NCBI GenBank assembly: GCA_051453625.1
Contig: JBOZIK010000001.1
Span: forward strand, 923,004 to 987,003
Reading direction: 5' to 3'
Length of the DNA stretch: 64,000 nt
Source of the DNA: Welwitschia mirabilis
Lineage: Eukaryota
The notes beneath the pieces were generated by a model, which searched no databases, was not told the origin of the DNA, and saw only the letters and a list, made by a program, of their open reading frames with translations. Below are positions 12,704 through 25,643 of this stretch, in pieces. The stretch's first letter is position 1; every line of letters starts with the position of its first letter. The position numbers and the translations under genes are program-made.

Positions 12704-14816
12704 TGGCACCCAAATTTTATGGGGCATGTATTGAGATTTGGCAAGAACAAATGAAGATCTTCCTTTAACTTGAAGATGTATGAGACATAATAAAAAATGG
12801 AGTGTATCGAGCTCCATTGTAGGGTGTCACTAAGGAATAAAAGAAAAGGAAATTTGAAGAAGAAAATAAAGAAAAAAAGGTAAGGTTTACCTTTTTTCAG
12901 TGTTAAAAAGCTTTAAGGAAGCATTAGAGAAGACAACAGATGCATCAAGTAGTAAGCAAATTTGGAATTTGGAATCCACTCACATTGGTACTAAAGCAAC
13001 ATGGAAAGTCACAATCTAAGCATTAAAAAAGGAATATGAGACATTAACCATATCAGGAGAAGATAGAGTAAATATATACATGAATAAGTTGTTCTAAATT
13101 AGAAGGAATCTAAGAATAGTAGGTATAACACTTAAAGAGAAAGATGTTGAAAGGGCTATAAGAGGTTTGCATCCTAAATTTATTAATACAGTTACATGAC
13201 TAGAACATACATATGCAATTCAAAATACAATGCTCTAGCAATTAGAAGGAATTTTAGAGTTACATAAGAGCAAAGTTTCTTTGACTTCTAAAGGAAAAGA
13301 TGGATTACTACTTACAAATGTAAAAGTCTTCTAAAAAAAAGGAAGATCACATAAAGTAGGAGTAAAATTCGAGGTTATGGAGGACAAGGAGGATGTGGTA
13401 GAAACTAGAATCAAGATAGACATGAAAGACATTATGTGCAATTGTAGAATTAGGATAAGAAAACACAAAGCCAAGATAATTACCATTTAGCTTGTCATAA
13501 TAGGGACATGGCTTTGGAAGAGGCGTCAGAGGTGAAAGATCTTAAGGAGGAAGAGATGGACTTTCTAGATAACATTATAATTATGGAAAATTTAAGCATT
13601 ATAAAAGGAATTATTAATATTAAAATGGATTAAGATAATAAGATCCATGTTCATCAAAATTAGAAGAACAAATTGATAATTTACATGAAGAAATCTAGTT
13701 TCTAGATGTAGAGAATTACATGGATGTGATTAATCTAGCAGAAAGAAGAATGGTATGGTGCATTAATAGTGGGTGAACACATCATATGATTGGTAATCTT
13801 TATTATTTTGAATATTTAAGAAAATTTAATACAAGAACAATGTGATTTAAGGGAAACAACTATGTAAAGATTAGGGGAGAAGGTACAATAAGGGTTGAGA
13901 TAACAATTGAGTAGATATCATCCATTGAAGGTGTGTTGTATGTTCCTCTAAGTGTAAATTAATTTGATGATAAAGGTTATTCAATTTCTATTGAGACTGG
14001 AATTTGCAAGATTACAAATGAAAACTTGGAAGAAGAAATCATTATAGAAAGCATAGGGAAATCAAGTTTGTATTACTCAGATGTAGAAAAACCCCATGCA
14101 AATTTGCAGTCCATTGTAAATCAAGGAATGTCCATATCTAAAAGGTTGCATTAAAGATATGAACATCTTAACATTGTAAGTTCGAATAAGATGGAAAAAA
14201 ATAAAAGTAATTTGAATTAGAGTAATATTGAGAATTAATAAATCCAGAATGTGATAACTATGATCAATGTAAGATTATTGTAAAACCTTACTGAAACGAC
14301 TAGAGGGCTATAAAAAACTATTGAAACAGACACTTGCTAATGTGTGTGGACTAATACATGTTTCAAGTTTAGCAGAGAACAAGTATTTTATTGTGACTAT
14401 TCATGATTATACTAGATTTACCTATGTTTATTTTATGAAAGAAAAGTCTAAGATCATAGCATGGCTCAAGAAGTGGGCTTTATAAGTAGAAAAGGAAAGC
14501 AATTTTAATGTTAAAAGGATTAGAGCTAATAATGAAGGATAATTTCAATCAAATAAGCTAGAATAATTTTGTGCCAATAAAGGTATTAAACATAAATGTA
14601 TTAATCCTTATGATCCTTCTCAAATTGGGATTGCTAAGCAAAATAATAGGACACTGGTCGCTATGTCCCAAACCATGTTGCACCATGGAAGATTTTCATA
14701 AAAGTTTTGGATAGATGCAAATTTTATAGTAGTGTATCTACAAAATTGAAACATCACATCACAAGACATAATGCATACTCCTCATGAGAATTGATATGGT
14801 ATAAGATCCAACATAG
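12704..14816 (+). mobile_element. Old Ty1/copia host element, 5' part (gag, zinc knuckle, protease, integrase)
   Basis: ALKKEYETLTI…RGLHPKF (gag), YNYGKFKHYKRNY (decayed CCHC), WCINSG*THHMIG (protease), NVCGLIHVSSLAENKYF…DYTRFTYVYFMKEKS, IRANNEG*F and PSQIGIAKQNNRTL (integrase). The frame resumes at 25149. Confidence 0.85.
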
Positions 14817-15851
14817 TAAAGGATCTACAAACCCTAAAGAAGGGGTAAATAGTGTTTTAACAAATATGTCCTTTTAAAAATATAAATACATATAAAAAAT
14901 ATTTTAAGCAAAAAGGAAAGAACTAGATGAAGAAATTTAAAGAGATATATCAAAAATAATATAATAGTAATCAAAAATAGAAAGTATGCACTAGACTAGT
15001 AATTTATAGTGGTTCAAAAAACTCCCCTACTCCACTCTTGGCTGTCAGCTTTAACCCTAATCTAATTTGGATCTTTATTGCTTTTCTTCTAGGTTTTTAG
15101 GTTAACTTGTAACCTTGAAAAATGGACTTTTCAAGGCTCAGTCTCAACCTTTATAAAGCAAAGCCTTTGGTGAGGGAAATATGCCCAAGTACATCATATT
15201 TCTAATATAAAGTACAATTATAATGGATCACACTACTTGGAGTAATAGTTTACAAGTACAAGCTCTCACAGTGTACTTGTGTATCTTTGACCAGAAAGAT
15301 ATCAACATTACAAATTTTCTTATTCTTATAAAATTAGTGGTGAAAAGGTTTCTATTCATTTCCTTTTTTAGAAAGTAATTTTAGTGCATTTTTAAATGGA
15401 TTTAACATAATAACAACTAAAGATGGTATAGAGTAATGCTTAGAATACAATCTAAAAAATTCTTTTCCCTCTCAACAATCGACCCCTCAAAAGACCTAGT
15501 CAATCTGATTCATTATCATCACTTAATTTGATTGACCCCTTTCTCCTTAGATTAATACAAGTGACTTATGTCACTTAATATGCTTGATTCTAGATGATGT
15601 CCAGTCAACTACCTTTATCCAAGTCTGGTGGACCCCTTATGAAATTTGGTCGATTGCCTTTGTTCAAGCTTGGTTGCCCTCTTGTGAGATCTAGTTGACC
15701 GCTCTTGAACTTTAATAATTTTTGAAAACGAGATCCTCAAAAAAACATCCATGCTTGTCTATCCTGTAAGGCTTCATTAACTTATAACTTTTTCAACATA
15801 TTTAATCTATAAATGATATGTTAGTTTAACATCGACAACCTTAACTCAATA
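14817..15851 (-). repeat. 3' LTR (LTR-A, 1035 bp) of the SIRE-type element
   Basis: TAAAGGATC…CCTTAACTCAATA, colinear with 23969-25143. It is followed by ATATTCCTCTTTG, a decayed reverse complement of the PPT CAAAGGGGGAGAT. Confidence 0.9.
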
Positions 15852-16294
15852 ATATTCCTCTTTGAAATTGATAACAAACTATATATAATCAAAAATAGTT
15901 AATATCAATTTGATGGAAGATCTTACAAACTCCTCCATTGATATGCTATGTACAATAAGTAATGACCATGATATTTTGATATATAACAAAAATAAGCATT
16001 ATAATTAGAGCACAATAATTAATCAAGGAAAAGGTCTTTAAAAAATATACCAATTGAGCATTGATAAAAACAAAAGTAACAGATAATTTAATAGCACTGA
16101 TAAAGCTATCTAAAATATTTTTGAAAAAGCATTACCTACACCTAAGCATATAATAAACTATAAGTAAAACAAATGTTTGAACACAAGTAGTTTTGAAAAT
16201 AACAATCATGAAATAATAAATATAAGAAGCAAGACTATATTTTCTCCTCATTTTAATATCAATGACAAAGCAGAGAGACATAAGAAAAAGAATT

Positions 16295-17347
16295 AATCAA
16301 GTATTATTCTTCTTTAGATTCTTCCTTGGACTCAGAGTCCTTTTTTTCTTATTCTTGTACCTCTTTTTGATGATAACTTTTATCTTCTTCTAAAGTATCT
16401 GCAATCTAATAGCCTACTGCAATAAGAACTTCCTTCATATGATAAGTGTTAGAATCTAATCTTTTGAGAAGAGAAAATGTTTCGTTAGAAGAGATCTTAT
16501 TTGATAAAAGAGATTTTAAAGTTTTAGAGGTATATTCAAAAATATATTATTCCTAAAAAGAGTGACACATCCTATAGATGATATGGAAGTTATAGATTCA
16601 AGCTTAGGATAAAACTAAACTTTAAAATTCCTACAAATATTTACAATGAGGATAGAATAAGGAAGAAATCAAGTTTTGTAATATTCAAGTTAAGAGATCA
16701 TATTTTTGAGTATCATAGTAGGGTAATGGTATGTTGGTTTCCTACCAAATACAAAAGATAAGCTCTATAGTTTGAGATCTCATCATGATAACCATCAAGA
16801 AGTAAAAAGTTATAGGTAAAAACAAGATATGAAAAATAGTATTTTAGAATGAGAAAGAAAGTGGAAAGAGTGATTTTTCACTTGAAAACTTTTCACATAG
16901 CTCTCAAATAACTTTAACCTTATCCTCCATGGAGTTACTAAGAGATCAAAACTCCCTGTAGTTACCTCTAGAATGGTTTGTAATAGAAGAAATCAAATCT
17001 AGGATAATATTCATCCTCTTTCTTAATATAAGGGTGAAAAGAGTAGAGGAGTTAGCATCAAAGGTAGCATTAGCATAAAATAACCTAGTAAATAAGGGAT
17101 AAGAAGTGATAAAAACATTAAGAAAGTATGAAATATCAAGGTCATAAAGAAGTCTTACTACATTTATTAGTTCGGTAACTCATGTGAAGAACAACTCCTT
17201 CTTAGCAAATTGGCTTCTTGTCAAACTTGGAGGTAAAATTATTAATGTCCTCTTCTAACATGCCCCAATAAAAATAAGAAGAATCTCTGTTGCTAAGCAC
17301 TTTTTGTTTTGTTCTTCTTAAGAGTCCCTTTACCATTGCTATAACAT
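16295..17347 (-). pseudogene. env-like extra ORF remnant of the SIRE-type element
   Basis: Lies between RNase H and the PPT. Minus strand reads YPLFTRLFYANATF (~17060-17102) and PYSILIVNICRNFKV (~16618-16663), typical of plant retroelement env-like ORFs. Stops and frameshifts present. Confidence 0.65.
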
Positions 17348-17725
17348 GGCACTTTTGGAAACAAGAGAAAGATGGGTGAAATAGATAAGAAAAGAGAGAG
17401 ATAAGTGAAAGATAAGAAATAAAAAAGATAGTGAACTAAATACTTTTATAAGGGGGTTAAAATAAGTCAGATTTGAAGAAAAATTTGGGTTCACTACCTT
17501 TATGATTCCTTTCTCCTGCTTTATCCAATTAACTGGGTTTAAGTCCAGTTGATCCATCGAAGTGCAGTTCTAGCTTATCTAGAATAGTTAATTAGAAGGT
17601 TTAGTCTAGTTGACCAAAATTCATATATGATAAACCTGAAATAAGTCTAGACAACGAGGCAAAAATCTGATCAATCTAACTTCTTTAGGTCTGGTTGGCT
17701 AGATTGTAAATTTGATTGACCACTC

Positions 17726-20700
17726 TATTTTTGGTAAGAGGATGGTGATAGAACCCCTAGTTCATGTTGAAGATGCAAAAATTTGTTAAAACTAAGGGGT
17801 TTTATAAAGATATCGGCTAAATGTTGATCAATGTTTATAAAATTCATAGTAGTATGCCCTTTTCAACATGATCTCTAAGAAAATGATTTCTAAGTTTAAT
17901 ATGTTTAGTACAAGAGTAATGAACATGATTTTTCAAATTGTTTATAACACTAGTATTATCATGGAAGATGGATGCTTGGATATAGTTAACTTCAAAATCT
18001 TTTAACATTTCCTTCATCCACAGATGATGGGTATAATAACTTCTTATTGCTCTGTATTCTGCTTTAGCTACGAAAAGAGAGAGAGAATTTTGTTTTTTGC
18101 TTGGCCAACCTACCAGACAAGTGCCAAGAAAGAAATAACTCCCACTCGTTCTTTTTTTATCATCCTTGCATCCAAACTAGTTTACATCACTAAATCTTAT
18201 AGGATCAAAATATGTTCCTTTGGGATACCATAGCACATAATCGTAGTTGTCTTTTATGTATCTTATGATTCTTTTTATAGCTTAAAGGTGTGATTCTTTA
18301 GGGTTTACCTAATATCTCACATAAACAACCATACTAAACCTTATATCAGGCTTGATAGCTATTAAATTCAAGAGGCTTCTTATTATACTCTTACATAGTC
18401 TTTGATCTCTTGATTTTCATTGATTTTTAAGACTCATTTTATATGTTGTTAACATAGGAGTGGTCTTGGATTTTGTGTTCTTAAGGTGAAAATGTTTTAC
18501 TAAGTTCTTAGCATAATTTGATTGGAAGATGAAGATTATTTGATTAGATTATCTAATTTACAAACCAAAAAACATACTTACTTTTCCTAGCATGCTTTTT
18601 TTAGAGTGTTTTATCATGATATTGTCAAATTCTTTTGTTAGATCTTCATTTAAGGCTCCAAAAATTATGTCATTAACATATATCTGAATAATGATGAAAT
18701 TTTTTTCAATCTCTTCATAAAAAAGTTTTGTTTGTAGAGCCATGATTATAACCATTATTATCTAAAAAGTTTATTAATTTTTATACCAAGCTTTAGAGGC
18801 TTGTTTTGATCTATATAAAGCTTTCTTAACTCTATAGACATGGTTTAATTTATAAGGATCTATAAAACTTCTATGTTGTTTTGTATACACCTGTGCATAC
18901 ACCTCTTCATTAAGAACTTCATTTAATAAAGTAGTTTTTACATCTATTTGAAAGACTATAAAATTTTTAAAAGCTATAAATGAAAGAAACATTATCATAC
19001 TATCTAACCTGACCACTGGAGTAAAGGTATCTCTTACATTGATTCCTTCAATCTCATTATACCTTCAATCCACTAGTCTTGCCTTGTTCTTGATCACGTT
19101 GTTGTGTTTATCACATTTTCTTAAAAGATTCACTTTGTTCTAATCATGTTTTGATCCTTACATCTTTTAACTAGCTTTCAGACATCATTTCTTTTGAGCT
19201 ATTGTAATTCCTCTTGCATTACTATCATCTATTCTTCATGAATTTCATCCTTCTCATAGTTTTTGGACTCAATCTGAGATAGATGACATACATGAGTACA
19301 AAAATTTTTAAGGGAGTGTCTAGTGTGAATCCTTAAATTTAAATCTCCAATGACTGAATCAAGAGAATGGTCCTTTAATTTTTAAAAATGTTTTACATCT
19401 AATTCTTATCTTGCTTCACTTTATTTCTTCCTTGAAGATTCTTTATCATTGGTAAAATTTATAAGGGGTTTTCTTTATCACCTATAGATAATGATTTAAG
19501 ACTAGTATTATTAATTTACACATTTATAGATTTTTCTACTAATAGACATCATTTGTTGAAGAATCCATACGCTCTAATTCTAGTGGAATATCCAAGAAAG
19601 ATTGCTTCGTGTCCTTTAGATTTAAACTTACTCAAGTGTTCTCTATCCTTTAAAATGAAACCTTGACTTCTAAAAACTTTAAAATAAGATACATTTGATT
19701 TCCTTCCTTCCTAGGAAGTCTTATTCATACTTGGTTAAAGGTAGACTCTATGTATTATGTAGCATGCAGTACTCACTACTGAAAAGTTCTTGGAACATCC
19801 TCTCCATTTAACATTGTTCTTTCCATCTCTTAGAGAACTTTGTTTTACTTTTTAGCTACACCATTTTGTTATGGTATTTTTGGTATTGAAAACTTGTGAC
19901 CAATCCCATTGTTGACATAATACTTTTGAAAATAATTGTTTTTAAATTTGCCTCCATGATTATAACTAATCCATTTAATAGAATATCCTTTTTTGTTTTG
20001 AATTTTATTGCATATCTTAATAAATCTCTTAAATGTTTCAGCTTTGTTTTCTAAGAAAGAAATCTAAGTAAATCTATAATGATCATTAATAATTACAAAA
20101 AAAATATAGCTTTTCCACTAGAATTTTAGTTTAAGAAGGACATACTAAGTCCATATGAATAAGTTCAAGTAGCATAGATGTGGAGAATATTCTCTTAGGG
20201 GAGGTTATGATTTTTTTCTCTTTTAACAAGCATCACACAAATCATGTTTGCCAATATTAATTTTAGGAATCCCTCTTATAATCTTTTTTTTAATGTGTGT
20301 TTTAAGTTAATCATAGTTTACATGTTTTAAACCTTTATGCTATAGTTTTTCTTGGCTAACTTGCAAAAAATAACAAACAAAAGAGGGTTGTTTAATACTA
20401 TAAACATTATCTATCCTATTTTCTTTGAGAATAACCTCATTAATTTTACCATCTCTAACTTCATACTTTTGACTATCAAAAATAACTTTATAACCTTTAT
20501 CACAGATTTAACTAATACTAAGCAAATTATATTCAACTTTATTTATATATAAATATTCATTAATTTTAAGCATGTTACCTCCACCAATGCTTCCTATGCC
20601 TTTAATTTTTGCATTTCCATCATTACTGAAGACCACCTCTCCCCAATCAAAGTCATTCAATCATTAGAATCTTAATTTATCACTGTTATATGATGAGAGA

Positions 20701-22357
20701 AACTACTATCCAAGTATAAGAAAGTTCCATTACTAGCCCTGAAAGCTGTTTAAATAAATAAACTTTTCAAATTATCAGCCCTCATACACTTAGTCTTTTT
20801 AGACTATTCTGGTAATGAATATTTAGGTATAAATAACTAGTGCTACTTAAAAAAAATCATTACCTTTTTGAAAGTGAAAAACAACTTAGAATGACCTAAT
20901 TTACCATAAAAATGATATGTAGTCTTTGAAATGAAATTTTTATTTGGCCAATTTTCTTGATTAGAGGACATGAATGGTTTTGAGGAAGAAAATCCAACAT
21001 CTTTTTTTTTTTTTAATCATGAACTAACGTTCCTATTACTCAAATATATTTTAATTTGCTAGAGTTGTTAGATAATTTATTTATAAAATAAGATAAACTT
21101 TTAATCTTTTAAAGTAAATCTTTATTCTCCATTTGTATTTTCTTGTAGTTAAGCTCTAAGGCTGTGTAGAGAACTCATTATTTTGTGTGAGTTTATTTAT
21201 TCACTTAACCAGCTTCTCACATTTTAAGTATAATTCTTGATAGGTATCTTTTAAATCTTCTTCCCATTCCTCTATGATGTATAAAACATCTAGTTTAGTT
21301 GGACAGGAAATTTTGTTTAAAGTTGAAGCTATTACCATAAAAGAGAGTTTTCTATTTCCTTTTGATGCTTGATTAGAACTGCTATCTTCTTCATTATCCA
21401 AGTCATCCCAAGTTACAATAAGAAATGGTCTTTTAGATCTTCTCTAATTTCTTTTGTTATTTAAATATTTATTACTAACATGTCCATACCTTTATAGGTA
21501 TAACACTAAATCTCCTTCATTTTCTCGTGATGTTGTTTGATCCCTTTGATTATTTCTCCATCTCTTCTTTTCTTATATAAGAATTTGTTGAATCTTCTTG
21601 CCAACGGTGCTACTTCATCCTCATCAAGGTCATCATATGATCTATCATATTTTTCTTCATTCTACATAATTTTCTAAAGCAATAATCTTCTTCTTATTTT
21701 TGGGAAGTTTTAGCTTATAACTTTAAGGATTACCTTATAATTCATCTAGTATCATTAGGTTGATGTTCTTACTTTCTTTAATGATAGTTCCTTTTGATTC
21801 AAGGTGCTTAGAAAAAGATATCAAGACTTTTCTTATCACTTTTACTTCATTCATATTCTCTCCTAGGCTTGCCATTGAGTTTACTATATCTGTCACTCTA
21901 GCAAAGAACTCTTAAAGAGTTTCTTCGTCCTTTATTCGAATATGTTCAAATTTAATAATGAGCATTTATAATTTACATGTTTTATGGTGCAAGTTCCCTC
22001 ATGGCTATCTGAAGAATGTCCCACGCTTCTTTGGCAAGTTTGCAATTTACAATTCTTTTGAATTCTTCTCTGCATACAATGCAAAAAATAGCATTAACAA
22101 GAATATATAGTTGCCTTTAGCTTTATCAATAGGAGTTTACTAATCTCTTAGTCTTAAAATGGTTTTAGTATTTTCACTACTATGCATTTTGGTCATTGTG
22201 AGATGTTTGTATCCATTAAAATTTACCTCTTCTATATCAACATCAAGGGAACTAAGAAAAATTCTTATTCTGGTCTTCTAAGCCTTCTAATAAGAATAGT
22301 TGGTTTCATCAAATAATGGTGGTTAACTAGTAAAGAATTCATCTTTGAGTTATTCAT
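17726..22357 (-). pseudogene. Degenerate gag-pol of the SIRE-type element
   Basis: N-terminus near 22357 with PPLFDETNYSY, protease YLDSSFSHHIT (~20685-20720), integrase ~19600-20200, RT ORF fragments FQIDVKTTLLN…KKALY and QIYVNDIIFG, and RNase H end LADIFIKPL (~17795-17820). Confidence 0.9.
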
Positions 22358-22407
22358 GGCTAGAGTTATGAGCTAATATTTGTTAGAATTTACTACTGAC
22401 TCAAGTG

Positions 22408-22419
22408 GCTCTGATAACA
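22408..22419 (-). promoter_or_regulatory. tRNA-iMet PBS (1 mismatch) next to the internal LTR-B
   Basis: GCTCTGATAACA versus the canonical GCTCTGATACCA, 2 nt from the TG at 22422. Confidence 0.8.
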
Positions 22420-22421
22420 AA

Positions 22422-23215
22422 TGAAAGGATCTTCAAACCCTAGATGAGGGGGTGAATAGGTTTCTAATAAAAATGTTACTAAATCAAAACTTGTTTATTA
22501 ATATATAATAATATATTTAAACATTAATTAAAATTCTATTAGAAGATATTTAAGAAAATAACTAAAATAAAAGAGACTGAAATTTGTGCACTATACAAAA
22601 TGATTTATAATGGTTTGGGAAAAACCCCTACTCTACTTTGAGCTTTTAGCTTTAATCCTAAGTTGATTTGGATATTCGTTATTTTCTTTCTAGATTTTTA
22701 AGTAAACTTGTAACCTTTACTAGTAAACTTTTTAAGGCTTAGTCTTAACTTTTATAGAATAGAACTCTTGATGATGGTAGTGTAACTAACTGCACTAGCT
22801 TCACCCAATCTAAAGTACAATACTAATGGAATACATTGCTTAAAAAGTAGTTCACAAGTATATGCTCATACAGTGTAGTAGATTTATTTTATCTAATAGA
22901 TATCAAAAGTACAAATGTGCTATTTATTTTTAGAATAATAGATGTTTAAAAGATTCCTCTTCATTTTCTTTATATATAAGACAAATTTAATACATTGAAA
23001 AGTGAATCTAACATTTCAGTAGCTAGATAGTAAAGGAGTAATAGCTAGAAAACAATCTAAAAAGTTTTACTTCCGCTTTAATTGATCAATTCCTTGAAAT
23101 AGCAGGTTGACTTGATTGATTAGTATTACTGAAGTTAGTCGACTGCACTTTCTTACAGTTGACTAATTGGCTTATATAACATGATTTAGTCAACCCCATT
23201 TGAAATTTAGTCAAT
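22422..23215 (-). repeat. Internal LTR (LTR-B), truncated by a gap; a diverged variant
   Basis: TGAAAGGATC…GGGGGTGAATAGG. Homologous to LTR-A/C but clearly different over ~22465-22580. Confidence 0.85.
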
Positions 23216-23315
23216 NNNNNNNNNNNNNNNNNNNNNNNNNNNNNNNNNNNNNNNNNNNNNNNNNNNNNNNNNNNNNNNNNNNNNNNNNNNNNNNNNNNNN
23301 NNNNNNNNNNNNNNN

Positions 23316-23966
23316 GTTGATGTTCTTACTTTCTTTAATGGTGGTTATGTTTGTATCAAAGTGCTTGGGTAGAGATATTAAAACTTTTTTTTTTACCACT
23401 CTTACTTCATCCATCTTTTCTCCTAAGCTCATCATAATTTCACTATATCTGTCAGTTTTCTAAAGAACTCTTGAAAACTTTCTTCCTCCTCAATCTAAAT
23501 ATCTTTGAACTTGGTAATCAGTGTTTGAAGTTTTACTTGATTGATAATGGATACCCCTTTATAAGAAATAACAAGAATATCCCGTGCTTTTTTGGTAGTT
23601 TCATAATTTACTATTCTCTTGTCTTCTATACACACAACACAAAAAATAGCATTAAGAACACAAGCATCCAAAGTAGCATTCTCTTCATCAATAGGTATCC
23701 ATTGGTCTTTTAGTTTTAAGAAGGTTTTGGAATTTTCACTACTATCCTTTTTGGTTATCGTACTTATCCATTGTATACTACCTCTTCTATATCTACATCA
23801 AGAAACTTGAGAATAATTCTTATTTTATCTTTCCAATAAGCATAGTTAGTTCTATTAAACAATGCTAGATTTCTAGTAGAGAATCCATTTGAGGGGTTAC
23901 TCATTGCTCGGATTATGAGTTAATATTTATTAGAATCCATTACTAATTCAACCTACTCTGATATAA
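23316..23966 (-). mobile_element. Second gag N-terminal segment plus decayed PBS (23955-23966)
   Basis: Homologous to ~21759-22419. ORF fragment MSLGEKMDEVRVVKKKVLISLPKHF; PBS remnant ACTCTGATATAA. Confidence 0.8.
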
Positions 23967-23968
23967 AA

Positions 23969-25143
23969 TGAAGGATTTGCAAATCCTAGGGGGGTGACTA
24001 GGTTTTTAACAAATATTTTTGCTTAAAAATATAAACATAGATAATAATGATTTTAAGTANNNNNNNNNNNNNNNNNNNNNNNNNNNNNNNNNNNNNNNNN
24101 NNNNNNNNNNNNNNNNNNNNNNNNNNNNNNNNNNNNNNNNNNNNNNNNNNNNNNNNNNNTAAAAATATAAACACAGATAATAATGATTTTAAGTAAAAAA
24201 GAAAAGAACTAGATAAAGAAATTTAATGAGAGCTATAAAAAATAATATAATAGTAATAAAAAATAAAAAGTGTGCACCAAACAAGCAAATTATAGCAGTT
24301 TGAAAAACTTTCCTACTCCACTATCATTTATTAGCTTCAATCCTAAGATGATTCAAATCTTCATTACTTTTTCTCTAGGTTCTTAGGTCAACCTGTAACC
24401 TTTACAAATAGACTTTTCAAGGCTCAGTCTCAACCTTTACATAGCAAATCATTTGGTAATGGAAGTATGCCTAAGTGCATTAGTTCACCAAATCTAAAGT
24501 ACAATAATGATGGGTCACATTGCTTGAAGTAATAGTTTACAAGTACAAGCTCTCATAGTGTAAATGTATGTCTTTGACTAGTAAGATATCAATAGTACAA
24601 ATGTCCTTTTATTAAAAAATTGGTGGTGAAAAAGTTCTTATTCATTTCCTTTTATAGGAGGTAAGTTTAGTACATTATTAAATGAATCTAATATAATAAC
24701 AACTAAATATATGTGGAGTAGCTTCAAGAATACAATCTGAAAAGTTACACTTCCACTCCAACTAGTTGACCCCTCAAAAGATCTAGTCAACCTAATTGAT
24801 TATCGTCACTTAACTTGGTTGACCCATTTTTCCTTTGTTCAACCTAAGTAACTCATGTCACTTGATTCAGCTAATCCTACTTAATGTTTGATCAACATCC
24901 TTTACCTAGGTCTGATCAGCTTCTAATGAAATTTAGTTAACCATCTTTGTCCAAGACTACTTATCCTCTTGTGGGATCTAATTAAACCATCTTTAACTTT
25001 GATAATTTTTGGAAATGGAATCTTGAGAAAAACATCCATGCTTGTCTATCCTATAAGACTTCCTTAACCTATAACTTTTTTAACATATTTAATCTATAGA
25101 AGATATGTTAGTTTAATATCAATTTGATAACCTTAACTCAATA
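23969..25143 (-). repeat. 5' LTR (LTR-C) of the SIRE-type element
   Basis: TGAAGGAT…CCTTAACTCAATA. Removing the 100 N and the 36 bp duplicated across the gap gives 1039 bp, against 1035 bp for LTR-A. Confidence 0.9.
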
Positions 25144-25227
25144 CATAGCACATTTAAGAACCTTTGGATGTATACATTATATGTTGAAACAAGAGAATAA
25201 GTTAAGATAGATTTTATACTAAGGGAA
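25144..25227 (+). mobile_element. Resumed sliver of the host copia integrase C-terminus
   Basis: Joining 14816 to 25149 restores GIRSNIAHLRTFGCIHY (copia HLR.FGC motif). Confidence 0.85.
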
Positions 25228-25643
25228 TGTAATGTCCCAACTTACTATTTTTGGATTAATTTGTATAAAGAGCAACATTTTAAATAGTTTACCAAGGTTT
25301 ATAGAAATAACAAGGAATAATTTATAGAGAAAGAGGATTTATTATTAATAGTAGCAGATTACATTCCACATCATTAGCAAATAGACTTGGACTAGTGGTT
25401 ATAGGTATAGACATGGACTACGACCTTAGACCCCCTTCTGGGACCCTTGGGGATCAGCCAAGGTTGTCGTCGGTTGCATCCAACCAGTCTATCCACTCAT
25501 GCCTCATGCCATAGACTTATATTATATAATAAATGAACACATCTTTACATATTTGGATCATACCCATTCACATCTCTTATTAACCACACTTTATTAGTGT
25601 TTGACACACATCATTATACAATTAATAATTTTGGAACATTACA
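25228..25643 (-). repeat. 3' LTR (416 bp) of gypsy copy 1
   Basis: Inverted termini TGTAATGT…ACATTACA, followed by the reverse-complement PPT TTCCCTCCCTCTT. Colinear with 55638-56053. Confidence 0.9.

Larger units (their letters stand above)
14817..25143 (-). mobile_element. Sirevirus (SIRE)-type Ty1/copia LTR retrotransposon, degenerate, with three LTR copies
   Basis: CATAG TSD at 14812-14816 and 25144-25148, homologous terminal LTRs, PBS-Met remnants, copia gag-pol on the minus strand, an env-like ORF after RNase H, and multiple decayed PPTs. Confidence 0.9.
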
